Source: Eledone cirrhosa
Taxonomy: Eukaryota
Length of the DNA stretch: 64,000 nucleotides
Reading direction: 5' to 3'
Assembly (NCBI GenBank): GCA_964016885.1
Contig: OZ024743.1
Span: 176,390,001 to 176,454,000 of the forward strand
The translations under genes and the position numbers were made by a program. The notes beneath the pieces are model-generated. The model had not been told where the DNA came from. It saw nothing but the letters and a program-made list of their open reading frames with translations, and searched no databases. Each line of letters begins with the position of its first letter. Within the stretch, counting starts at the first letter, position 1. Below are positions 53,905-64,000 of this stretch, piece by piece.

Positions 53905-56490
53905 ACCAGAATCATTAGAGCATCGGACAACCTGGTTTTCAACATTTGGTTGCGGCTCTTTACGCTTTAAGTTCAAATGCGGTCAAGGTTAGCTTTGCCG
54001 TTCATCATTACAGTGTTAATAAAATACATTACCAGTAATACACTGGGTCGATATAATCGACATTTCCCTCCTCCAGATATGTTGGCCTAGAGCCTAAATC
54101 AGAAACCATTATTACGGTGAATTGGCGGTATCGGTAGTGCATCGGACAACATACGTTGCAGCATAGAGTTACGCCCCTTTACGTTCTGAGTTAAAATCCC
54201 ACCAAATTTAACTTTGCCTTTCATTCTTACGGGGTTGATAAAATAAAGTACCAGTAATGTATTAGGGTCGATTTAATCAAATTTCCCCTCTCCTCGACTT
54301 GCTGGCCTTGTGCTTAAAATAGAAATCATCATTATTATTCTGCTAGCTTGTGTAGTGTGCATATTGATATTATACGCAAATATACATGCAAGTAGATATG
54401 ATACATCAAATAAATTCATAATTGACAATATGCACAGAAATTGAAGAGAGACTGTGTCACACTCTCTTCTGCAATCAGTAAAGTAATCCATGGTACATTT
54501 AAAAAAGACGATATTATATATAAACTGTATTACGGTGAAATGTAATGGAAACGAAAAAGGAGAAAATTAGGGACAGAAATATAAACGTTATGATATAACA
54601 ATGCAAAGATATGAACGTTTATATAAGCGATATAATATAGCGTCCATTATATCATAACCGGAAGTATTGACATTTGAAAATGTTAAAAGAAGTGAATCTG
54701 AAAATAAGCAATTGGCTGTATCGGTAGAGGATCGGACGCCATGCTTTGCAGCGAAGAGTTACAGCCGTTTATGGTCTGAGTTCAAATCCCGCTGAGGTTA
54801 ACTTTGCCTTTCATCCGGATACGATAAAATAAAGTACCAGTAATACACTGGGGTAATTGCTGACCTTGTGCCAAAAGTAGAAACAATTATATATAAGCAT
54901 ATTTATGTTTAATCAACATCTACGAAATTTACTACATAAATTATGTAATATTCATTCATTATTTATTCAAAGTGGATTGGCAGTATCGGTAGAGGGTCGG
55001 ACGCCATGCTTTGACGCATAGAGTTACGGCCCTTGCCATTCTGAGTTCAAATCCCGCCGACGTTAACTTTGCCTTTCATCCTTATGGGGTCGATAAAATA
55101 AAGTACCAGTAATGCACTGGATTATTGCTGGCCTTGTGCCTAAAGTAGAAACAATTATTTATTCAAAGTAATCCAACTTATTTTACTAACGGAATAAAAA
55201 AATATATTCAGGACATAGTCCCGCACTCCTGCCTTTATTAAATGATGATTGTTGTTATTATTATTATATGAAAATTCTATTTTATTAACGTTTATTAGCT
55301 CTATTTTAATGTCGCTATCTATCGCTATTAACTCTTTAGAGTGTTTATATTTGCATTGATAGCAGTCTAGAGTTATTTGTTTAAAATACTATCAGCTTAA
55401 GACAAGATCAGTTAATATTTGTTTTGTTTGATTTATTATCTAAGTATGAAGCATACCTTTCATAACGTACTATAACGACGTTTTTATTTTATTATATGAT
55501 AACATCTATGTTGTGGATGATTTTATAAGATATACTTGATTTGTAGTATTACTTCCTCGTGTCACGATGTTGTCTCAAGATTGGCAGACTCGTTAGAACG
55601 CCGGATAAAATGTATTTGTTCTGGTTCTTTATTTCCTTAGTTCAGATCCCACCATGTTAAACTTTGCCTTTCATCGTTCCTTGGTAGATAAAATAAAGGA
55701 CCAGTCAAGTACTGGGAATCGAATTTATCAACTTTTCAATTTTCCAAATTGTGTTTAAATCAGAAATCACTATTTGGTAGAATTAGAACAGTGTTGGATA
55801 AAATGTATTTGTTCTGATTCCTTCTGGGTTCAAATCCCCTGATATCCTATTTCCCTTTCATCTTTCCGAATAAAGTCCCAGTCAAGTACTTCGGGCAACT
55901 TAAACGTCTTTCGCCTCCTATCAAAATTTCTGACATTGTACCTATACTAAAAATCAATACTGGCAGATCTGGGGTGTTTTTACGGTTCATTACATTCTAA
56001 TTTCTAAACTCGCGGAGGTCAAGATTATTTTGAATCCTTCCTGGGTTGATAAAAGAATATACAGGTAACTAATGGGTCGATATAAACAATTTTTCCCACG
56101 CCACAATTTGCCGGATGACTGGAAAAGAGTAAAAGAGTATTACTTAAGGTGCTGGAATGTTAGAATCATTAAGTTGTAACAAAGGTTTTACGGTATTTGC
56201 TCAGCTCTTTAAATTCTGGTTTCAAATCATGGCGAGATCAACGTAGCATTTCATCCTTCTTGGATCAAATAAATAAAATAACAGTCAAGTACTGGAGTCG
56301 AATTAATCAACTGCTCACCCATACCCACCCGCAAGCCAAATATCTAGCCTTTTTTTTTTATACCACTGAGGTAAACAGCCTTTTATTCTTCGGGGTTGCT
56401 AAAAGAAAGTACCAATCATTTATTCAGGCGATGTAATCAACTTTCCTTTTCTATTATTCCTTGTCTTGTGCTTAAATTAGAAACCATTAT
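53905..56490 (+). mobile_element. Cluster of about 9 co-oriented Deu/Nin-like SINE copies of varying age
   Basis: Best copies at 54115-54330, 54710-54890 and 54972-55158. Degenerate ones at 53905 and 55580-56490. Confidence 0.72.
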
Positions 56491-56654
56491 TATAACTATT
56501 CGTTTTTTATATTACTTCATTAAAATGTATTAACTCTGTTATAAATTCGACTACTACTATAGAATTATAATGTTAACAATTTACTTCTCTTGTTACATAT
56601 GTAGACATAATTTATTTATAATATTGCAATTATAATTGCAATATTACAGATCGA

Positions 56655-56742
56655 ATCTTGAGCTGATCAGTGGTGAAACACGCGTCACCAACCAATAAAT
56701 GTAATAAAGGAGTAACCAATTGTCCTTGTTATTTTATTTCAC
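56655..56742 (+). mobile_element. Short PLE-like tail with damaged HHR
   Basis: GAG-CTGATCA-GTGGT-GAAACACGCGTC, AATAAA, then TGTCCTTGTT..(AT)n, similar to the 45579 tail. Confidence 0.45.
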
Positions 56743-56835
<93 letters not shown>

Positions 56836-56839
<4 letters not shown>

Positions 56840-57038
56840 TTAATATAGATGAGATTCTACAGGACTAGAACTGTTTCATTCATTAGAAATCATCAGGAAT
56901 CGGAGATTCCTGATGATTTCTAATGAATGAAACAGTTCTAGTCCTGTAGAATCTCATCTATATTAAAACTGTTATACTCTGCTATGTATTGAGTACCTTA
57001 CTTACTGTGGTTACCTCCGATTCAACCCGGAATAACGT
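56836..57038 (+). mobile_element. Young fold-back PLE/HHR insertion in (AT)n
   Basis: Perfect arms 56836-56901 / 56905-56970, flanked by (AT)n on both sides. Confidence 0.87.
56903..56955 (+). ncRNA. Type I hammerhead ribozyme
   Basis: GAGATTC-CTGATGA-TTTC TAAT GAAT-GAA ACAG TTCTAGTC CTGT A-GAATCTC. Stem I 7 bp, stem III 4 bp, GUA triplet. Confidence 0.88.
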
Positions 57039-57069
<31 letters not shown>

Positions 57070-57396
57070 ATTCAATTTAGGACGTTTCGTTTATCAGATA
57101 ATCCACTGACTTTTGTTGTATACAGACGTTAAGCACCCTACAATTTGTAGTCCTTAAAATGTTATCGATAAGGTATCGATTGGTGTGTTTATATTATAAA
57201 GAAGAGACAGTTTTAAATGTATATATTCTATTTATCAGATAATACAGTTATACGTATTTCGAAGACATCATAGTGATTGCATAATAACCCTTTGACGTGT
57301 TCTTTTCAGACAGGTGGATAGTTGTGGTGTTTTTGTTTTTGATATGCTTCTAGGTATAGCGCTGTTGACATTATTCTAAGGGGATGCCAACACAAA

Positions 57397-57480
57397 GGAT
57401 GACGAAAATTTCCTGTTCTTTACAAGCCTGTCACCGGGAAGGTGGCCGACCAAAATAACCTTAGAATTAAAGAGATGGCA
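57397..57480 (+). mobile_element. 3'UTR of the R4/Dong-like family followed by (ATAC)n
   Basis: TACAA.C.TG.CACC.GGAAGGTGGCCG..AAAA..AATTAA.AGAG matches the reverse complement of 17250-17330. Confidence 0.65.
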
Positions 57481-57626
57481 TACATACACACACACATACC
57501 CACGCACGCATACATACATGCATACATGCAAGTATGCATACATACATGCATAGATGCATGCATACATACATATATATATAAATACATACACGCGTACATG
57601 AATACGTACGTACATACATGCAAACA

Positions 57627-57685
<59 letters not shown>

Positions 57686-58098
57686 GTACGTCATACATAC
57701 ATTCGTACTTACGTCATACATACATATCAAACCCAAACTGAGGAACATTAATAATACCATCAGGCGCCATTGTCGTTGCGGCAATAAAGATTGCACATTA
57801 TTTTTTCGAAAGCAATCAGTAGCTGTACGAATGAAATTTGCAAATAAATTTCTCGTCATTTACTGTAACCTAAAGCTTGTTCTGGCAACTAATAAACACA
57901 ATGATGTCCAATAAAGGCTGGAATTTACCATTTTCATCGAAACACCAAACTAATTATGCTTTTGTATTAGGCGCTTGATTGTTCGCAATAACTGTTAAGA
58001 ACCATTATACATGACTCTATAACACGTAACAGTGACAGGTCTCAAATATATCTTTCTGCGTTTATCTATCTATATATCTATCGAACTATCTCTCCCCA

Positions 58099-58166
<68 letters not shown>

Positions 58167-58236
58167 TCTCTCTCTCTTTCTCTCTCTCTTTCCCTCTCTC
58201 TCTCGCTCTCTCTCTCTCTCTCTTTCTCTTTCTCTC

Positions 58237-58365
<129 letters not shown>

Positions 58366-58609
58366 CGTTCATCTACCTTTCTGTCCATTTATCGATCTAT
58401 CTGTCTATTTATTTATGTATTTGTCGATTCATATATCTATCTATGCATCTATCTCATTTATCTATCTAGCTATAAATATATCTACGTGTCTATATTTATT
58501 GTGACAATACATATCCACAAGACAATAAACAAATGCTTATCATGAAATTTAAGCAAACCCTGCATGATTAAACTGAACATAAAAATAGCATCTCAATATA
58601 TTGGAGGAA

Positions 58610-58930
58610 CAAAAGGAATTTGAACGTAATGATGGATAAAGGCGAATACATTGAAGCTTTAATAATCTACTCAAAGCAGAAACACATTTATTATGTTTCA
58701 GAAAGATAATATCACCTAATTAGACGTTATAGGGAGCAAGAAAACTACAGAATCCACAGAAATAGCAGCCCCTTCTATTTAGCTAGCATTGAATGATAAT
58801 TCACTTACAGCCTATCTACAGAATAGTAGAAACTATACAAACAAAACAACCCCCTCTGATCTATGTCTCATATAAATACACAAACACATAAGACCGCTAT
58901 AGTAATAGACAGCATTTTCAAACAATGTAT
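58610..58930 (+). pseudogene. Decayed Penelope-like reverse transcriptase fragment
   Basis: Own translation: VMMDKGEYIE..NNLL and KLYKQNNPL*SMSHINTQTHKTAIVIDSIFK, resembling PLE RT V.MDK.DY....LL and KIHK...PLRPI.S...TPTY..A..L..IL. Confidence 0.55.
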
Positions 58931-59374
58931 ACTGCAGAGATACAATGCATGGTCATCAGAAAAACTTCTACTGTGATAGAAGGCAACGAAATAAAATCTT
59001 CTTCTCCGAAGGCATAAAGAGTCTGCTGCTTTAAAGGTCTACTGGCAGAACCAATGGAAACCATTTTAAATCCACCTGAGAATAAACCTGCTAGCTAATA
59101 TACTTAAGAAGTCAGCTCGGTGTATAATTTCAGTTTAAATAATTTTATTATTTTATGTCATTATCTTTTACAAACAAACGTTATACAATGATGGAAATAT
59201 AAGAATAAGGATAAAAACAAAGTTAAGTAACGAACAAAAGGAGAAGGGGTAAAGACGGACAGATCTGGATGTATGGGAAAGTAAAATATGGGAAAAGACT
59301 ATAAATGCAATAAATGAAAAGAAAAGAATGGAAAAAGCAAGGATTATGGGATAAAAAGAGGGATTATTAAGCAG

Positions 59375-59560
59375 AGCCGTTAGAGCGCTGGAAAATGTGT
59401 TAGTAATATTGTTACGTTATGAGTTCAAATCGCACGGGGTTCAACTTTGTCTTTCATCTTCTTGGGGCCTATAAAATAAAATATGTACTGGAGTCAATAT
59501 AATCAACTGTACCCTTCTTCTAAAAGTTGGTGGCTTTGTGCAAAAATAAGAAACCTTTAT
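59375..59560 (+). mobile_element. Deu/Nin-like SINE, diverged
   Basis: GAGTTCAAATC..TTTCATC..ATAAAATAA core. Confidence 0.6.
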
Positions 59561-59623
59561 TAAATGTACTTCGTTTCCAATAATTTTTCTATGCATGTGT
59601 GTACACACACACACACACACATA

Positions 59624-59716
<93 letters not shown>

Positions 59717-59784
59717 CACTGTTCTTTCCATTACCTTTTCTATGGAAATACTTAACACAAACACACAGACACACACATATTATA

Positions 59785-59852
<68 letters not shown>

Positions 59853-59857
<5 letters not shown>

Positions 59858-60380
59858 GAAGGAAGTGTGGTAAGGAACTAGATGGACCATAACGCACCAG
59901 AGTACTCAATAGTAGTGTGGGTAATAGAAATATGTTTAACCCCAACGGCAGAGCTCAAGCCGTTTCGACGGCTATTTCTGGACGCAGATGTACATTATTA
60001 TTATATACCTATATATTATATATGTATATGTATGTATGGTTATGTGTTCGCATGTGTGCGTGTGTGTGTTCATGTGTGTGCGTGTGTGAGTATGTGTATG
60101 TGTTTGTAAGTAGATATGTATGTATATGCACATTATTATTGTTAGACACACACACATATATATATATATATAACGAAGGAAATGTGGTAAGGAACCAAGT
60201 GGACCATAACGCACCAAAGTACTCAATACTTAGGGTAGTAGAGTGGGTAATAGGAACAAGTAGGACCCCGACGGCTGAGCTCAAGCCGTTTCGACGGCTA
60301 ATTCTGGACTCATTTTTTTAGTCCAGAATTAGCCGTCGAAACGGCTTGAGCTCAGCCGTCGGGGTCCTACTCGTTCCTAT
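59853..60380 (-). mobile_element. Two PLE-like remnants of the 34819 family (59853-59983; 60171-60380 with fold-back)
   Basis: Arms 60250-60310 / 60320-60380. HHR 3' half GAAACGGCT TGAGCTC AGCCGT C. (AT)n junctions. Confidence 0.65.
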
Positions 60381-60425
60381 ATATATATATATATACACAG
60401 ATATGTGGGTGTACCTGCGCGTGTG

Positions 60426-60477
<52 letters not shown>

Positions 60478-60762
60478 CGTGCAGTTGTATGTGCCTATGT
60501 GTGTGCGTGCGTGTATCCAAAGTGGTTCACAAATCTGCAATACTGCTCTTCCAGGTCTTAAACCGAATTTACAAACGGAAACATTAATAGTTATTTATCT
60601 TCACCATCTTAATCTACATAAACATGATGTAAAACTGTTCGTATTAATAGGGGATGAGAATAAGTAAACAGAATAAGATCAGAAAGAAGAGTAGACACAG
60701 TGAAGAAGAACAAATAGTCATTGATGAGGGCACATAATGTGTGATGAAAGAGCTTTGCCGAA

Positions 60763-60948
60763 ATAATTGTTTCTACTTTAGGAACAAGGCCAGCAATTAC
60801 CCAGTGCATTACTGGTACTTTATTTTATCGACCCCGTAAGGATGAAAGGCAAAGTCAACCTCGGCGGAATTTGAACTCAGATTGTAAAGGGACGTAACTA
60901 TGCTGGAAAGCATGGCATCCGACCCTCTACCGATACTGCCAATCCACG
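60763..60948 (-). mobile_element. Deu/Nin-like SINE
   Basis: Consensus match. Confidence 0.8.
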
Positions 60949-62194
60949 AAATAATGAATAATAATAAAGCTGTAGTTTAAAGGTGCGTGTGCTTCTATTG
61001 GCGGAATTAGCAACATTACCATCCCTCCCTTCGTTAAACAATATCTGTTTCAACACACAATTTCACATTAAGAATCTTGCAAATCAAATACATAAACGTT
61101 AGAATGATTAAGGTTTTCGAAATAGAGTAGTTATTGCTTAGCTTTAGATCACCCCCGACTGGTCGATCTATTATTAAAGACATTCTACTCACTACCATTT
61201 CATTTGTTTTACACAGTGCTCCTAGTAATGTATTATGTAATATATCCTTTCTTTCATACCTTTCATTAGTACTGTATAACAGTCTAGATTTTTTTCTGTT
61301 TGTTCCATTGTATGTTTAGCTTTTGTTGTTGGTATTTAGACTAAGGTTATCCCTCAATTTTCATTTCGAGAGAGCACTTGAATAGGAGTAGATTTTCTCG
61401 AAATACACCAAGCCAGAGATGCTATATAGTTGCTGTACCTTCTAGAAAAAGCAGAAAAATCGGCGCGCATCTTAACACTATAACTAGTAATATATTAGAT
61501 CTGCTGAATCAGAACTAACAGGCGTTTAAAATATGAAAGAAACAGTAACAGTAACAACAACAACAACAGCAGCAACAACAAAATCGACGAAGATGGCAAT
61601 AACAACGACGAGAAATTCAATGACAACCACAGCAACAACAAGAATCGAACAACAACAAAATCGATGTCGTCGACAACGACGTTGATGACAAAAACAACGA
61701 CAACGACAGCAACAATAGCAACAGCAACAACAAAAATCGACGAAGACGACAAAAACAACGACGACAAAAACACCGACACCGACAGCAACAACACTAGACA
61801 TAACCGATGAATAAGATAACTGTGTAAACAACACCTCACCGATGGGTAAACTCTTACTTCTTATCTTGTAACGCAAAAGATTATTAAACGCTAATTGATC
61901 TTTTATCGATAGAGAAAGATAATCTCATACGTTTTCTTTGTTCGCTACGGATTAGTAGTGTCAATAATAATCTTCGACTCCACTAAACTAAAGAAGTTCG
62001 TGATACAGACACTTAAGGTTGGTCAAGAAAGTGACAAGAATAGTGGACAATGAATGAGATCAAGAGGAATCTAAATGTGAATCACGGCTTAAAGATGATC
62101 GACAAGTATGTGTATGGCGAGGCTTCGTTTAATGTATGATACAAGAATTTGTTAGATTCATAGTTGAGAATTCTACTACAATTGAATGCAGACG

Positions 62195-62248
<54 letters not shown>

Positions 62249-62249
62249 T

Positions 62250-62400
62250 ATAAGAGTATAAGGAACAAAGAGTCAGTGTTGCATCATAACATATTCAATT
62301 ACATATTACATATGTTTCATGTCGATCAGTTAGAGGAACGCTCTATTATTGATCGAACCTGACTCTGGAATCGAAAGATCCTCAGATACGCCTCGGTATG
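62250..62400 (-). mobile_element. PLE-like remnant with extended-stem-II HHR (62302-62390)
   Basis: CGTAT-CTGAGGA-(about 60 nt)-GAAACATATGTA-ATATG. Homologous to 39420-39509. Confidence 0.68.
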
Positions 62401-62444
62401 TAATCTCTCTCTCTCTATATATATATATAATTATATATATATAT

Positions 62445-62550
<106 letters not shown>

Positions 62551-62732
62551 GTATATGAAAACATATATAAAACGTTGTTTATATAAAATAATAATATGGT
62601 TAGCCTCGCTTTTGAAGAAATATGTGTTCATAAGGAAAACATTGTATTTATCTCTAATTCTCTCTATGAATATGCCACAGAGTTGCCAATATGTTCTGAG
62701 AATGTCAGACTGCGCTGTTTCAAGATTTGTTA

Positions 62733-63005
62733 ATCTTTCATGAGTAATACTCAAAACGTACTGGCATGAAATAGACTACAGTCTATATAGATTGTTGCGC
62801 GATGATCATTTGCTCGAGATGATCATATGCATATAGCAAATAAAAAATATCGTCAATGATCATTGGCATATAGCGCAAGCTTGGCTGGTTTTACCTAATT
62901 AGTGGTAGCCCTATGACAGCGTTTAATCATAAGAGATGTGTATATAAAACATATATAGTCTATTGCAAGCCAGTACGTTTTTTGTGAATGTCACTGATGA
63001 AAGAT
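62733..63005. repeat. Decayed inverted repeat ending in CTGATGA (probable old PLE inversion)
   Basis: ATCTTTCAT.AGT..CAAAACGTACTGGC..AATAGACTA / TAGTCTATT..GCCAGTACGTTTT..ACTGATGAAAGAT. Confidence 0.5.
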
Positions 63006-63066
63006 ATGTATTGATATAATTGATTAGATCCCTTTATGGTAGTGCCTCAGCATGGCTGTAGTTTAA

Positions 63067-63192
63067 GGGAGGTAACCACAGTTAAAAAAGGTACTCAATA
63101 CGTTGGTAGAGTATAGGCATCTTTATTATATATAGAAATGACATCTACAGGACTAGAACTGTTTAATTTGTATGAAATCATCAGGAATGTCC
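63067..63192 (-). mobile_element. Diverged copy of the 56836 PLE/HHR family without fold-back
   Basis: GACATTC-CTGATGA-..-TAAACAGTTCTAGTCCTGTA-GATGTC. Tail GTATTGAGTACC..CTGTGGTTACCTCC. Confidence 0.7.
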
Positions 63193-63732
63193 TATAATTT
63201 TATCATCCATTACATGAAATTTAGTTGTGGTGTTTAGGTTTTTTCGTTTGTTTACTGTAGTTGTTTTTATCTCATTTGACACTTATTTAACGAACTAATT
63301 AACCGAATTAAGTTATTTATTCTTCTGTGTGGAGTCGATTAAATGAAATGATTTTCAGTTCAGTCAATTAAGTGTGATGGTTGTTGACCTCGTTAGACAT
63401 ACACACCTGTATGTGAACATAAACTAATAAGTTAAAAGTAATTGTCATATGCATGTAAATATATTCAATCGATCCTTCATCGTTCTATCAGTTTCATACA
63501 TAAAATCAAGGCTATAGTGGCGCCACCTTAAAAACATTAGTCAATCATATCGACCCTATTATATATATATATATATATATTTAAAAAAATCATACTTATT
63601 ATATCGATGTCTGTTTGAAGGACACACACACAGGCACACACGTACAGTCACATACACGCAGACTCACACACACACACACCCACACACACCCACACACACC
63701 CACACACCCACCCACACACACACACAGACACG

Positions 63733-63830
<98 letters not shown>

Positions 63831-64000
63831 CGAGGGTCTGTGTGAAAAGTTCCTGGCTTGATCGCTGCTACAGAAGCCTGGTTGGCTGCCCAACCTTCCA
63901 AATTCTTTTGACAGGGCTTAGAAAAACTGTCAGACTGATGTAATAAGTGTGATCCTCCTGTACTTTCTTTTACCCAAAGCCAGGAACTTTCCAGGGCTCT
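63831..64000. mobile_element. Mariner-derived MITE
   Basis: TA followed by CGAGGGTCTGTGTGAAAAGTTCCTGGCTT, with inverted AAGCCAGGAACTTT at about 63978-63991. Internal [13 protein letters not shown] resembles the mariner transposase C-terminus. Confidence 0.65.

Noticed and set aside
61540-61800. Asn/Thr/Asp-rich coding exon
   Set aside because: Degenerate (AAC/GAC)n low-complexity sequence with no splice or domain support.

Overview
AT-rich, microsatellite-dense animal DNA (the SINE and microsatellite content suggest a cephalopod such as Octopus; this is inference). No confident host protein-coding gene is visible and the window is mostly retroelements. (1) Tx1/L1-clade LINEs form two head-to-tail arrays (1-6686 and 18498-32347). 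One copy has an intact 1145-aa APE-RT ORF2, and the young copies end in, and are inserted into, (ATCT)n/(GATA)n repeats. (2) Many short Penelope-like element (PLE) remnants sit mostly in (AT)n tracts. They carry type I hammerhead ribozyme (HHR) motifs at about 14 loci, with covarying stems and often an unusual U·U pair closing stem II. Many are perfect fold-back palindromes whose turning point lies at the ribozyme. A 484-nt ORF-less tandem HHR unit (retrozyme-like), a decayed GIY-YIG endonuclease and a decayed PLE RT are also present. (3) There are fragments of R4/Dong-like, CRE-like and RTE LINEs, about 25 Deu/Nin-type SINEs, CORE-like SINEs and mariner ends. Different retroelement families appear to use different microsatellites as insertion sites.
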